64,000 nucleotides of DNA from Gammaproteobacteria bacterium. GTDB lineage: Bacteria > Pseudomonadota > Gammaproteobacteria > Ga0077536. Under the pieces are notes generated by a model that saw only the letters and a program-made list of their open reading frames with translations, was not told where the DNA came from and did not search any database. Position 1 is the first letter of the stretch. Each line of letters starts with the position of its first letter. Positions 1 through 10,812 of this stretch are shown here, in pieces. A program made the position numbers and the translations under genes. Where the stretch lies: the NCBI GenBank assembly GCA_963662545.2, contig CAXXLL010000003.1:224001-288000 (forward strand), in the 5' to 3' direction.

Positions 1-304
1 CCAGGTGCGGGAAGAGCGCGTTCAAGCGGATCGACAGCGCCGGATCCTTCGCTTCCTTGAGTTGCTTAACGATCCCGATGCAATTGACGACCGCCTCCGG
101 CCGAAAATCCGTAACGGCCCGCTCTACCGTCGATAGTTCTTCCGCACTGACTCTTTCGTAAAGCGGCAGGTCGAGGCGGAGCGCGCTGAGCGGCGACTTC
201 GCAGCGATGGTCCGGATGGTGGCGGCGATCTCCAGTTCGCCCTGCCATCGCTGGATAAGCTTGTGGCCCAGCATTCCCGCGCCGCCTAGGATCAGAACGC
301 GCAT
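1..304 (-). CDS. dTDP-4-dehydrorhamnose reductase-like SDR oxidoreductase (runs off the window edge)
   Basis: Own translation from ATG at 304: MRVLILGGAGMLGHKL...PEAVVNCIGIVKQ...LNALFPHL. It has the Rossmann GxxGxxG and the RmlD-like family motifs. Not in the ORF track because it is open-ended. Confidence 0.85.
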   Translation of the reverse strand, partial: MRVLILGGAGMLGHKLIQRWQGELEIAATIRTIAAKSPLSALRLDLPLYERVSAEELSTVERAVTDFRPEAVVNCIGIVKQLKEAKDPALSIRLNALFPHL

Positions 305-334
305 CGATCAACGTCCGCGATCGCCGGACTCCCG

Positions 335-1723
335 TCATTCACGTTCGTACCAGTAAAGCATGCGCCCTTCTCGGGAGATCTTCTGGGCTTTTTCGATGCG
401 CGCGTGATTGGCGAGCGCCTGTTCGAATACATCCTGAGAATAAGCGTCGAAGATGTCTTCGCGCAATGCGAGCATCTGCTTCACTGTGGTGTCATCTTTC
501 TGCACGAATTCGATGACCCCCCGTGGCGCCTGGCAAACCAGCCATGCCACGACATCCGGCAGCGGTATGTTCCGGCCGATGGCAAGATGGTGTTCGAAGG
601 CGAGGGCCAGAATCGCATCGAATGTGCCGCGTTGTTCGAACCCGAGGCGTTCGGATTGACGCCATCCTTGTGACGGACTCGGGTTTGCCGCATCGAGATA
701 AAGCGGCGTAATTTTGAGGTTTCCGGCGACGGCACGTTGGTATGCCTTTTCAAGCGCGACGCGGTCGTACTCGAAACCGATCACACGCTCGGCACCGGCG
801 CGGCAGGCCAGTTCGGAGAAGGCGCCGGTGTTACAACCGAAATCGCCGACGAGTTTAGCCCCAATCCGCTCGATGAACTCCGCGACAAAACGCTTCTTCG
901 CCTCCATTTCCTCTGTTCCATAAGTATGCGTTTCCGAATAATCGCCCCAGGTGCTTTGACCGACGTCACGCGGGGTTAATTTGGCGATCCAGTTTCGAAG
1001 CTGCTCCATGATCCCGAGATAACCCAGTTTCGACAGCCCACGAGACGTCATTCGCTTTTCCGCCTTAGCGACAGCGCCCTGGTTAGACAGGGCGGCTGCC
1101 TGCATTCGGGCTGGACCGATTACGTGGACGAGTACTCGCCAGGACAGGCGTGAGCGCGCCGGCAGCATCCGACCCAATTCGCCCGCCGGAATGCCTTCTA
1201 ATGAGCCCCGGAACCACGCATTGTGGGGAACACCCAAATAGGCACGCAACAGGAGCGGATTGAGAAACTGCTCGCAAAACTGTCCATAACCTAACCAATA
1301 TTCACCATTTCGATAAGGTCGCAACGATAGCAGGTCGATGAACAGGGGCGCCGAACCGTCAAATTGAATGTTATAGGCGGATGCGTCCGAAAATGCGACG
1401 TCGTGTTCGAGCGCGTCCATTTGCAGATCGAGGTGGAGCAGCGCCGCCGCTTTCAACATGCCGAATGACCATTCGTAGGGGTACGATATGAACGGTAACC
1501 GCTGATGCTCTACGATCGTTTCGCATCCAAGATGCTCCGACAATTCCGGTAGTTCTATTTCGGTGGCGGATACAAAACTTCCATTAGCTACCCACCGCGT
1601 GAGAAATCCCTTCTGCAGGACGAATTCGAAATCGTCCGATGCCCGGTGCGACAGAGATCTGAGGATACGGCCGTCATACTCGAACACCTGACCTCTCGGA
1701 TCGCGAAACGATCCAGGGTTCAA
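335..1723 (-). CDS. Class I SAM-dependent methyltransferase, NoeA-like
   Basis: Motifs GSFRDP, PFISYPYEW, DASAYNIQF and DFGCNTG (SAM motif I). Start is uncertain (TTG 1723 chosen). The track's extension to 2011 overlaps the upstream small gene. Confidence 0.8.
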   Translation of the reverse strand: MNPGSFRDPRGQVFEYDGRILRSLSHRASDDFEFVLQKGFLTRWVANGSFVSATEIELPELSEHLGCETIVEHQRLPFISYPYEWSFGMLKAAALLHLDLQMDALEHDVAFSDASAYNIQFDGSAPLFIDLLSLRPYRNGEYWLGYGQFCEQFLNPLLLRAYLGVPHNAWFRGSLEGIPAGELGRMLPARSRLSWRVLVHVIGPARMQAAALSNQGAVAKAEKRMTSRGLSKLGYLGIMEQLRNWIAKLTPRDVGQSTWGDYSETHTYGTEEMEAKKRFVAEFIERIGAKLVGDFGCNTGAFSELACRAGAERVIGFEYDRVALEKAYQRAVAGNLKITPLYLDAANPSPSQGWRQSERLGFEQRGTFDAILALAFEHHLAIGRNIPLPDVVAWLVCQAPRGVIEFVQKDDTTVKQMLALREDIFDAYSQDVFEQALANHARIEKAQKISREGRMLYWYERE

Positions 1724-1758
1724 AATAATCTCGCTTGCTTTGTCGACCTGCGGCGAAA

Positions 1759-2025
1759 TTACTCTTCCTCCGGTGCAGCCGTATCGGAGACGGTTGCCGC
1801 GCTTGAATCTTCCGGCACAGGTTCTTTGCGCACGACGCGCGCGTACCAAGCCGTGAGTCGTCGCCAGTACAGCTTGATCGCCACAGCCGTCCCGGCGATC
1901 ACCCCGATCAATCCTTGAATGAGCATGCTCCCGGTCACGGGGTCGAGATACGCCTGAACCTGCGGTCCATACACCGTACCGCCTGTAAGCGCTAAGAATA
2001 TCGCCAGCCATTTTCCGTACGTCAT
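1759..2025 (-). CDS. Small membrane protein with YLDPxTGS motif
   Basis: Signal-like N-terminus, then AYLDPVTGSMLIQGLIGVIAG, a TM helix and a basic tail. Sits directly upstream of the NoeA-like gene. Confidence 0.7.
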   Translation of the reverse strand: MTYGKWLAIFLALTGGTVYGPQVQAYLDPVTGSMLIQGLIGVIAGTAVAIKLYWRRLTAWYARVVRKEPVPEDSSAATVSDTAAPEEE

Positions 2026-2144
2026 AGTTCTACCTCAGTTCCGGGCGCTTCCATACCGTCCGCCCCGCTACTCTCTTGTGCAGCCAAAAGTACGCTGCGC
2101 CTCCCGTTCTCCACACTGGCACCATGATAATCCGCACAGCTTTG

Positions 2145-3440
2145 CTATACGGCGCCGACTGCTTCCATAAATGCAGCCGCAGCGTCATCAGGTGAAAAAT
2201 CTCGCGCCGCACAGCGTCTAGCGTTCGTACATATCAACGCACAACGTTCCTGATCCTCGTAGATCGCTTTCAGTACCACCGAGATGTCTTCCGGGCGATC
2301 GCTGGTACACACGAAACCGCAATTATTCGACACCAGGTAATCCACTATGAATGTATCGGCAGGCGCTACCGCGAACACCGGCCTGCCGCTGGCGAGATAG
2401 TCCGCGAGTTTGGCCGTGCCGGAAGTCGCAATTAAAGTCCTGGCCTTCGGATCGAATGTGAAAGGGAGCAGGAGAATATCGGCGTCTTCCTGAATTCTCG
2501 CGATCTCGTACGGCGGCACGTGTTCGTTTAATTCGAGACGCTCATGCGCGTCATCGCCCTTGTCTAGGAACCCGGTTTGCGCAGTATATAAAACCAAACG
2601 CACCTGCGTTTGTTGCAGGCCCTGAACGCCCCGCAGAACGCTTTTAACTGTGCTTTCGTTTACCGCGTACACCGCGCCCGTATACAGCAATGAAATCGGC
2701 TTCGAACCGTCGATTCGCCGGTACGCCCAACTCGCGTTAGAAACGGGCGCGGCTGTCGGATTTCGAACAATTACGCATTCCGATCCGTAGCGGGATTCCA
2801 ATTCACTTGCCATATGCTCGTTGGGGACGACGAGGCCGGCCTTTTTCTCAACGATATACTTTTCGAAGCACCGCGCCATCTGCTCTGCAGCGGGAAACTG
2901 CCACCATTGAGTTACGAAATCATCGAATACGTATAGAACGAACCTGGCTCGAATGGCCCGCGCGGCAACGAATGCGGCCGGCACCTCCACCAGATCCCCG
3001 GTCGTCGCCACAACGGTCTGAACTTTCTCAGCTTCCAGGATCCTGGCGAGGCTGTAAGCACGCTGTCCAATCTTCGACAAAATGGTCATCCACTGGCCGA
3101 GTCCGTGGCGGGATGACGGCAAAAATAAACTGCCAGGGACGTGGTGATAGGTTGCAGGTAATTTCGGAATGAAATCGTCCTCTTCCCGTCTGGAATACGC
3201 TAACCGCGAAACCAGGCAATACGTCCCCGTCGGAACTCTGCTCAAGATCCGACTGAGGACGATGGCGCCACCGGACCAGGCTGGTGGCAGATAATACGAA
3301 ACGATTGCGAATATTTTTGCGCTGCTTGGCGGAATTGAAATCTTGCGTAACCGGAACCGTAGAAGACCGCGGCAGACCAGAATAAAAAAGGTTTCCGCAA
3401 TGTGAAAGATTGCCCTTATCATAATGCTCTTTCTTTGCAC
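2145..3440 (-). CDS. Glycosyltransferase (GT-B, family 4-like)
   Basis: YYLPPAWSGG near the N-terminus; C-terminal ADILLLP...KLADYLASGRPV. Confidence 0.8.
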   Translation of the reverse strand: MQRKSIMIRAIFHIAETFFILVCRGLLRFRLRKISIPPSSAKIFAIVSYYLPPAWSGGAIVLSRILSRVPTGTYCLVSRLAYSRREEDDFIPKLPATYHHVPGSLFLPSSRHGLGQWMTILSKIGQRAYSLARILEAEKVQTVVATTGDLVEVPAAFVAARAIRARFVLYVFDDFVTQWWQFPAAEQMARCFEKYIVEKKAGLVVPNEHMASELESRYGSECVIVRNPTAAPVSNASWAYRRIDGSKPISLLYTGAVYAVNESTVKSVLRGVQGLQQTQVRLVLYTAQTGFLDKGDDAHERLELNEHVPPYEIARIQEDADILLLPFTFDPKARTLIATSGTAKLADYLASGRPVFAVAPADTFIVDYLVSNNCGFVCTSDRPEDISVVLKAIYEDQERCALICTNARRCAARDFSPDDAAAAFMEAVGAV

Positions 3441-3505
3441 CGCGATTTCCCTGTGCAGGACAAAGTTACGACTTCTCGTCCATTAACCAGCACGCTCATC
3501 GCGCT

Positions 3506-5224
3506 TCAGTAAACATCCGATCCGAAGTCGACCATATCCACTTTGACCAAGTCCGGCTTATCTTTGATGTTAGCCATTACGGTATGTTCTTTGACGGGCG
3601 GTTCGGTGACTAATGACGGCGTAAGATGCTCGCCAAGCAGCCGTTGCACCGGCGCCATACGCAAATCGATACCTGGGTCAAGACCCGGGGCCCTAATTGA
3701 AAAATGAGTCGCAAAATTGTCAATTAGATCACGCGCGTCCATATCTTCGGCATACTTGGTCTTCGAAATCCTGGAGCCATGGTCGCCCGTTATGACGAAC
3801 GTTGCATCTTTTAAAATAGGATTCGATTCGACCGCTTTAAATAACGTTTCCAATTCCGAATATAGACAGTTGAGTTGCCCGTAATAGCGCTGGTAGCTGT
3901 CGACATACGTACGCTCTACCTCTACGGAATCCTCGATTCTCTCGGCTAGCGCATAGGGATTAACTGCGCCGGGATTCAGCGAACAGTCGTCGTTCAACAT
4001 GTATGGCGCGTGCGGGACGAGAATATGCGCGAAGATTATCGTGCCCGGCTGAGCTTCGAGGATTCGGCCCTTGATCTTCGCAAACCAGCGTAAGAAAACG
4101 TGAACATCAATGCGTAGAGTCAGCTTCGGTAACTCTAACAGCGGCACAATATTTCGTTGCAAGTTTTTGACGAAATAACTATTCTTCGTCGCGTTCAACA
4201 CAGTTGTCAGTGTCAGCAGCGGTTGAGCGCCGCGTTCGACTGGCAGATATTTGGAAAACTGATTGAATGAGTCGAGCGTCGCGCAATAGATCACACCCGG
4301 AATACCACAATAAAACATGATGTCCGCCTGAAACATCTCTATCACATAGCCATTTTCAACGTATTTCTCGAAGATGGCGTTGCCGACTACCTGATTGCGC
4401 ATTGCCCTACCAAAGACATCTTTTTTAGTCTTAGTCCTTTTCAAATAACTTGCCGACAGAGTGGTGCGTTCAAAATCAATATTGAGCATCGCCGGTATCG
4501 ATTGTCGCGTCCAATAGTGCCGGCTGTACGCGTTCGGATAAATACGAAACCCATAGATTTCATGAAAATCGAATACGCGTTGTTTCACGGCGTCCGCCGC
4601 GTCCGGAACTATTCCGTCGGGAAACGCACTCGCCGACATGAGTTCGTCAAATAAAAGGATAACGATGACGGGTTTGCCTTTCGCGCGTTCGTTTTCCGCT
4701 TCCGCTACGACGCTTTCCAATTCTATATACGGTAAATCCATAGTCGCCGTTTCTTGAAAGATCAGTGTGCTCAATAGGATTGCCGAGAAGATCGCGCCAA
4801 AAACGAGGGGTGCGTTGGCTGCGAGCAAATATGCAATGACACTGATTACCGTGGCGGTCGCGACAATGACCAGATAGTGGCCCGAATCCGACGGAATACC
4901 CATCCATTGAAATGAAGTGTCCCAGTGGACGGCGAGACTATTCCCTCCATACGCGACATCGATAAAAACGAGCGAGGGCACGGCAATCATGACTGCCTGG
5001 ACAGGTCTTGGGAGGCGAACGAAAGTAATTGCAAAAATCCCGCCGGCGAGCGCAATGACAAAGAATATCGTTAGCGCTCCCGCATGCAAGAGCGACATTC
5101 TAAGGCTCAGCATCGAATTGCAAATGGGCGCCGCAAACGCGGAAAAGAACAAGATGAAGGCCCAGAATGAACCGGGCCGAAGCTTACGCATATGAATTCT
5201 TGCCGCTTGCAAACAGGTATTCAA
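3506..5224 (-). CDS. Membrane-anchored sulfatase/alkaline-phosphatase-superfamily transferase
   Basis: About 5 N-terminal TM helices, then LLFDE, catalytic-type Thr in HYWTRQS, HILVPHAPY and ITGDHG metal-site motifs. Confidence 0.75.
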   Translation of the reverse strand: MNTCLQAARIHMRKLRPGSFWAFILFFSAFAAPICNSMLSLRMSLLHAGALTIFFVIALAGGIFAITFVRLPRPVQAVMIAVPSLVFIDVAYGGNSLAVHWDTSFQWMGIPSDSGHYLVIVATATVISVIAYLLAANAPLVFGAIFSAILLSTLIFQETATMDLPYIELESVVAEAENERAKGKPVIVILLFDELMSASAFPDGIVPDAADAVKQRVFDFHEIYGFRIYPNAYSRHYWTRQSIPAMLNIDFERTTLSASYLKRTKTKKDVFGRAMRNQVVGNAIFEKYVENGYVIEMFQADIMFYCGIPGVIYCATLDSFNQFSKYLPVERGAQPLLTLTTVLNATKNSYFVKNLQRNIVPLLELPKLTLRIDVHVFLRWFAKIKGRILEAQPGTIIFAHILVPHAPYMLNDDCSLNPGAVNPYALAERIEDSVEVERTYVDSYQRYYGQLNCLYSELETLFKAVESNPILKDATFVITGDHGSRISKTKYAEDMDARDLIDNFATHFSIRAPGLDPGIDLRMAPVQRLLGEHLTPSLVTEPPVKEHTVMANIKDKPDLVKVDMVDFGSDVY

Positions 5225-5260
5225 TTTCCGGCGATCGGGATCGCGCTGCGCAACCAGACC

Positions 5261-6478
5261 TCATGCTCCGTCCTCGCTTACCTGGCCAAGCTCAAAAATC
5301 AAGCCTTTTTCCAAGGCCTCATACATGCGGATCGCACGTTCGCGCACAATATCGGAAGCCAATCGCGCCGTGACCGTTCGTTCATTGATGCGGACCGCGT
5401 TGTCGATGAATTCATCGTCCGTGACCGCTGTCCGGATGCGGTCGGCTATCTCTTCGGCCCGATAGGGTGACACGATGAATCCACCTTCCCCATCGTTGAT
5501 CCACTCGTCGACGCAAGCGGTATTCGCTTGTATCGGGACGGATTTCAATACGAGCGCTTCCAGAAAAGAAGTGCTGATGGCGTCGGATATCCCGATTCCT
5601 ATGGAGACGCGTGCGGCTCCGTGCACGCGCAGGATCGCCTCTCTGGGCGCCGGAAACGCCAGACTGTGAATGTTAAGACCGTAATCAGCCTCGACCAACT
5701 TCACCATGAGTGCGACGTCAGGAGTTACTGCGTATACCTGAATTTCATAATCCTGCAATGCGTCGGCCGCGAGACAAATCGCGTCGAGCGCGGTTAACGC
5801 CCGGCCGGCGAAATGCTGGTACCCCTTGACCGCGATCACGCGGCGACTCGAGGTCTTGCCGGGATCCTTGATGAATTTCCGCATCCACGCTAAATCGAAT
5901 CCGCCGCCATTGGGAAGTACCGGCAGGACTTCTCCGTTAAACCCCCACTCTTTCGCAATCCGGACGTCGCGTTGGCATTCAGCGGAATAATAATCGGCAG
6001 CAAGCAATATGCGTTCGATTTTCTCTCGGTGATCGGACAACCTGCCGAAAAGGTAAATGTCGCTTCCCCAGTTGGTCGCTATCCAAGGCGGGAACTCCGC
6101 GCCCATTCTGTCCCTCGCCTGCAGGGTGAGGTAGCCGGCGGATTGGAACTCCAAGGAATGCACGACGTCAGGTTTGAATCGCCTGATAGCCTGAATCAGC
6201 CAATCTACGCGCCACTCCGCCCCACCGGTTAAGTTCTCAACCATCAGTTCGGCGCGGACCGCGCCCCGCCGAAACGGCCACAAGGACACCAGGTTGACGG
6301 TACCGTCCGCGCACGGCTGCCCGCCCCAAGTTGAAAGGCGTCGGACTTTCTCCAAGTTGTAATGACGCTCCGCTGTGTAGGGAGGAAACAGCAGGATTTC
6401 ATGTCGCGTCTCACTGAGCTGATTGATCCAGCGGGCCGTATGAATACTGTTATGCATTGCGACGAACAGAATGCGCAT
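5261..6478 (-). CDS. Glycosyltransferase family 4
   Basis: SIHTARW, WGSDI and SDAISTSFLEAL (EX7E-like region). Confidence 0.85.
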   Translation of the reverse strand: MRILFVAMHNSIHTARWINQLSETRHEILLFPPYTAERHYNLEKVRRLSTWGGQPCADGTVNLVSLWPFRRGAVRAELMVENLTGGAEWRVDWLIQAIRRFKPDVVHSLEFQSAGYLTLQARDRMGAEFPPWIATNWGSDIYLFGRLSDHREKIERILLAADYYSAECQRDVRIAKEWGFNGEVLPVLPNGGGFDLAWMRKFIKDPGKTSSRRVIAVKGYQHFAGRALTALDAICLAADALQDYEIQVYAVTPDVALMVKLVEADYGLNIHSLAFPAPREAILRVHGAARVSIGIGISDAISTSFLEALVLKSVPIQANTACVDEWINDGEGGFIVSPYRAEEIADRIRTAVTDDEFIDNAVRINERTVTARLASDIVRERAIRMYEALEKGLIFELGQVSEDGA

Positions 6479-6668
6479 GCCTAGCTACTCCGACTCCGCC
6501 GACGGCCCGCGCGGGTGCCAGTCGGACGCCTACCCCCGCCGGCGCTTCGTAATGAAAGATTTGGAGTCATCGTTTTCGCACCATGGTTTGTGATCAAGGC
6601 ACGCTACCGCCCTTCGACACCGCATTTACAGAGTCGCCTAATTAAAATCCCACCAATTCAACAACCGA

Positions 6669-7280
6669 TTATTCGTACTGGCGGAGCAATCCATCCAATA
6701 GATTCGGTACCAGCAATTGACCCTTTTCAAGCCGTTCACTCAACTCGCGATGCAAGGCGTCGGAATTGACAAGCGCCGTAAAAATGCACGTATCAAACGT
6801 CGCCACGTCTCCGAATTCATGCCATACGGGTTTATGCAAAAACTTATCGAGCTCGGAATCCGGATCGTAAGTCCCCGCTAATTCAAGTCGAAAGTCTTGC
6901 GCCCGCAGTGAACCTATTTCAGCAAGTTCGGATACGCCCGCGAAAACAATCGTGCGTGCACCCGCGTCTTTGCACTGATGAAATACAGTGCTGAGCGAAT
7001 CGCCCGCCCTGCGATAAAAGTCGAATGATGACGACAGGTGTGCTTTCGTCAGCCGGGCTTTTTCAGCGAAGCCTCGCGGCGTTAAGTAATACAGATAACG
7101 ATTCGCAGGGGCCTGATGGATCTTGATGAGCCCTTTGCGCGCGCACCTTTTCAAATAGGAATTCGCCATGCCCAAGGCAATTCCAAGCCTGGCAGCGAGA
7201 TGGCGCTGCGTCACATTACTACGCGCCTCTATAGCCTCGAGGATCTCGAGGGTAAGCGCTTCTTCCCGATCCTTGCTCAT
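6669..7280 (-). CDS. EPS-associated MarR-like winged-helix regulator with C-terminal Rossmann-like domain
   Basis: TQRHLAARLGIALGMANSYLKRCARKGLIK...YYLTPRGFAEK. ATG 7280 chosen as start. Confidence 0.85.
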   Translation of the reverse strand: MSKDREEALTLEILEAIEARSNVTQRHLAARLGIALGMANSYLKRCARKGLIKIHQAPANRYLYYLTPRGFAEKARLTKAHLSSSFDFYRRAGDSLSTVFHQCKDAGARTIVFAGVSELAEIGSLRAQDFRLELAGTYDPDSELDKFLHKPVWHEFGDVATFDTCIFTALVNSDALHRELSERLEKGQLLVPNLLDGLLRQYE

Positions 7281-7399
7281 CGGTAGTTCGGTCGGCCCGC
7301 AGGCCTCTGTAATCGTCCCCCAATTTGCCCGTATGCTGCGTGCAAACGACATCCCATCGATGTCCCGGTCTTATCCATACGATTGCTGGTGGAAACTTC

Positions 7400-8611
7400 C
7401 TATTTACGCTTGACCACCAGATCGACGTTTGTGCCGCGGTCGAGCCGTGTCGCCATCAGCCTGAACACGATCCGAAATGGCTCGGTGAGAAACCAATGAA
7501 AGGGAGCACGAATCATTTTGAGTTCCAACTGCATTTCGCGGAACTTCTTATCCGATTTATGGAGCGCCAAATCCCGTGCAAGAAGTTTGTCGTTCCACAT
7601 TCGGGCGTGCAACCGAACCTGCTCTACGGTGCTCTCCATTTCATGTACGCGAATTTTCAACGCCTCGAGTTGCGTATCGAAGGCGAATACACCATCGACT
7701 GGAACGATGTCATAGACTTCACGCGCAAAAGCCGCCAAATCGAACAGGGGCTCAACCGTTCCCGTGTCCGTATTCACCAGCCTCAGCTCCGCCGTCTTCA
7801 GATCGATCTCCTCGTCGACGATCGTGTTTTTGCTGCGTGATACCCTGCGTTTCTCGCTTATCCCGACTACGATGCGATCGCCCAGGCGTGTAATGCCGCG
7901 TGTGTAACCGCCGATCCGAATATCCTTGACGACCTGCCAGGCTCCGTCATCAGCGCGTTCACAGACGTAAACCTTCTCGTCACCGGATTCCGCAAAATAG
8001 AGTTTGCCGTCGAGGATCGTGGGGCTGTGCGGTTGACGAAGCCGCTCGCGAATCGGCGCAAACGGGTCGACGTAGAACAGTCGACCTTTCATTCCCCAGC
8101 TTCCGTCGCCCGTTTTGGGCCCGAAACAGGTCGCTATCAGCCCGTCTTCGGCGGCCGCGATCCCGTTGAGATGAATTTCGTCCGCATCTTGGCCGACCCC
8201 TGGATAGCGCCAATATAATTCCTGTTCGCCCAGTTCCCTGCCGTTTACGGAAACCCGGTGTATTTCATTTGTACCGGTACTCGTTATATAGATGTGGTTC
8301 TGGTAGAAAGCAATTGAATGTGGATCTCTTACGCCCTCCAATTGGATAACTGAAATCGGCTCTGGCGACACAAGGTCCAAAATGGCGAGCAGTGGTGTTT
8401 CCATACTTTGGGTGCATAAGGCGATCGCATCACCGATCCGGCAAACGCCGGCGGTGCCACCGAGATCACGTGTACCCTCATCCGGGATCCAGTCGAGGTT
8501 GACCCACGTGATCCGTCCAGTGCCCGTTTCCAGTATGCACGTAGAGTGCAACAGCGAAGATTTCTGGTTACAGAATGTTAGAAGGACCGTGTCTCTGTTA
8601 GGCTCTTTCAC
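7400..8611 (-). CDS. Beta-propeller protein (DUF4915/TIGR03032-like) with coiled-coil tail
   Basis: Repeated blade motifs DPHSI, HLNGI, QPHSP and GYTRGI. Confidence 0.6.
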   Translation of the reverse strand: MKEPNRDTVLLTFCNQKSSLLHSTCILETGTGRITWVNLDWIPDEGTRDLGGTAGVCRIGDAIALCTQSMETPLLAILDLVSPEPISVIQLEGVRDPHSIAFYQNHIYITSTGTNEIHRVSVNGRELGEQELYWRYPGVGQDADEIHLNGIAAAEDGLIATCFGPKTGDGSWGMKGRLFYVDPFAPIRERLRQPHSPTILDGKLYFAESGDEKVYVCERADDGAWQVVKDIRIGGYTRGITRLGDRIVVGISEKRRVSRSKNTIVDEEIDLKTAELRLVNTDTGTVEPLFDLAAFAREVYDIVPVDGVFAFDTQLEALKIRVHEMESTVEQVRLHARMWNDKLLARDLALHKSDKKFREMQLELKMIRAPFHWFLTEPFRIVFRLMATRLDRGTNVDLVVKRK

Positions 8612-8682
8612 AACCTGTTACCTTGATCGCTTCTTCTTAGAAAGCATCCAAGAACGACCAGGCACCAATTCATTGAGACGCT

Positions 8683-9411
8683 TCATGCACCGGTGACGCG
8701 AATGCCGTAGGTTTCTGAAAGTTCCAGTGCCCGATTCCTTGCGGATGCCACGAGCGCGTAGTCCCTTTCGTGCAAATCTCTGAACCATTCATACGTTTCA
8801 TCCGACACGTTGTAGGCCGCACGCGGGTAGCGCCGCGCAGGGTTCACATTGGTTTCGGAAATTTCAGGCATTTCGCCGGATATACCAAGGATCTTGCCCA
8901 ACAACTCGATTCCGGCTTCGTACCATTCGGTGATCCCAACAAAATCGAAATCGTCGATATCGCACTCCCCGATGAAGACGCGTTGTAAATTCTGAATCGC
9001 GGGGTCTCTTGCGAATCCTTCGAAATTCATCCCCTGCGCCGCGACCCTTTGATAAACCGGGTGATCCGGATTAGGCAAACGGCACCAGTAGTTGAAATGG
9101 GATATCGCCCGCTGAAGCGGATCACGCAACCACACCAGCTTGAGGGTTTCGTCGCATACGCTATCGTACTTTACGGCACTGAAATGTCCGTGTACGCAAT
9201 TCACGAGACGCTCTGACCCATCTACTTTGACGTAGCAATGCTTATCTCTCTCGATGATCGTGGGCGCCGAATTCTTGCCAATGATCGGAATGTCATCGTA
9301 GTCAGCGTAATACTCATCATTGAATATATTGTGCAGAAGGCGATAGAAGCTTGATCCACCAGTCTTCGGTATGTGTACGGAAATAACAAGCATCGGCACG
9401 CGCGGGGCCAA
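8683..9411 (-). CDS. Sulfotransferase family 2
   Basis: 5'-PSB HIPKTGGSS and 3'-PB LRDPLQRAIS. Confidence 0.85.
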   Translation of the reverse strand: MAPRVPMLVISVHIPKTGGSSFYRLLHNIFNDEYYADYDDIPIIGKNSAPTIIERDKHCYVKVDGSERLVNCVHGHFSAVKYDSVCDETLKLVWLRDPLQRAISHFNYWCRLPNPDHPVYQRVAAQGMNFEGFARDPAIQNLQRVFIGECDIDDFDFVGITEWYEAGIELLGKILGISGEMPEISETNVNPARRYPRAAYNVSDETYEWFRDLHERDYALVASARNRALELSETYGIRVTGA

Positions 9412-10812
9412 CTACGGCGCTGCGACACTCAGCTCTGGCATGTAACAGAAATCTACGACGCCCGTGGAAAACACCACGCTTCGCTTATTAACCCGGAACG
9501 CAAGCGCATCAATGATCCGGTGTAGGCTTCGCGCTTCGTGGTTTCGAACGTGGCAATTCATAAAATACACGCCTACGTTTAGTGCGCATTGAAATTCGAA
9601 GGAAATGACCGCTTGCTGTCCATTATGGAACTTGATTCCAGGGGATTCGGAATCAGGATATTGACCTCCGCCCAGATTAATTCCAGATTTCGTTCCAATC
9701 ATCGTATAAAAGTGGACGCTACCGGGATCTTCATCAAAAACGACATCGAAACAGAATCGGTAACGCTCCCCATTTACGAGACAGTTTACCTGCTGTCCGG
9801 ATTTATCCAGCAGTCGGGGATTGCTAATTTCAGCTCCGCTGGGGCGATAAGAAATTGTACTTTTAGACACGAGGTGCGGATCGAAATCTGGTTTGTTGAA
9901 TTTGAAATCGGATTCCGTAAGATCGGAAATGGCATCGCTAAAACTTGGAGTCAAGGACCGCAATTCCCGGCCTTGGACATCCATGTTCTCTACAGCCGGA
10001 CCACTATCGTCGTGCACTGGCGATGCAGCATCCTTTTCACGGATTTCGGCGCAGATTTCGTCATTATATTCGGACGGAGAGTTGATCAACTTTTGGTATA
10101 GACCTATTGCCTCCTTTGGGTTGCCCGTATACAGCCGCTGACCCGAGTGCAGTAGCACTGCGCGGTCGCAAAGTTCGACAACGGCTTTTGGTGAATGAGA
10201 AACGAAAAGGATGGTTCCGTCGCCGCCCCTGATCTGCTCAATGCGCGCATGACACTTGCGCTTGAAAGCCTCGTCACCGACGGCGAGTACTTCGTCCACC
10301 AAAAGAATGTCCGGTTCAACACTAATCGCCACGGCGAACGCCAAACGCGCGTACATGCCACTCGAGTACGTCTTTACCGGTTGATTGATAAAATCTCCAA
10401 TGTCAGCGAACGCTTCAATTTCGGCGAATCTTTCGTTGATCTCGCCCTCCTCATATCCTCGTATCGCGCCGCTCACAAATACGTTTTCGCGCCCTGTAAA
10501 GTGCGGATTGAACCCCGCCCCGAGTTCGAGCAAGGCCGATACCCGGCCGCTGACCATGATTTCGCCTTGCGTTTGAGTTAGGTTTCCGCAGACCAACTGC
10601 AATAGTGTCGATTTACCCGATCCGTTGGCGCCGATGACGCCTACGGTCTCACCCCGCCGGACTTCCAGTGAAACGTCGCGGAGCGCCCAGAAATCGCGGT
10701 AATACTTGCGGCGGCCGCGTAGTAACATCTGTTTGAGCCGGTCTTTCGGCTTGCCGAATAAGGCATAGGCCTTGCTTAGGTCGGTGGCACGGATGGCGAC
10801 TTCAGACGACAT
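9412..10812 (-). CDS. wzt: Polysaccharide ABC exporter ATPase with C-terminal Wzt_C domain
   Basis: Walker A GANGSGKST, YSSGM signature, LLVDEVLAVGD and a C-terminal carbohydrate-binding-type extension. Confidence 0.93.
   Translation of the reverse strand: MSSEVAIRATDLSKAYALFGKPKDRLKQMLLRGRRKYYRDFWALRDVSLEVRRGETVGVIGANGSGKSTLLQLVCGNLTQTQGEIMVSGRVSALLELGAGFNPHFTGRENVFVSGAIRGYEEGEINERFAEIEAFADIGDFINQPVKTYSSGMYARLAFAVAISVEPDILLVDEVLAVGDEAFKRKCHARIEQIRGGDGTILFVSHSPKAVVELCDRAVLLHSGQRLYTGNPKEAIGLYQKLINSPSEYNDEICAEIREKDAASPVHDDSGPAVENMDVQGRELRSLTPSFSDAISDLTESDFKFNKPDFDPHLVSKSTISYRPSGAEISNPRLLDKSGQQVNCLVNGERYRFCFDVVFDEDPGSVHFYTMIGTKSGINLGGGQYPDSESPGIKFHNGQQAVISFEFQCALNVGVYFMNCHVRNHEARSLHRIIDALAFRVNKRSVVFSTGVVDFCYMPELSVAAP

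Noticed and set aside
1724-2011. N-terminal extension of the 558-aa ORF
   Set aside because: It overlaps the more credible 88-aa membrane protein in another frame, and family motifs start only at GSFRDP.
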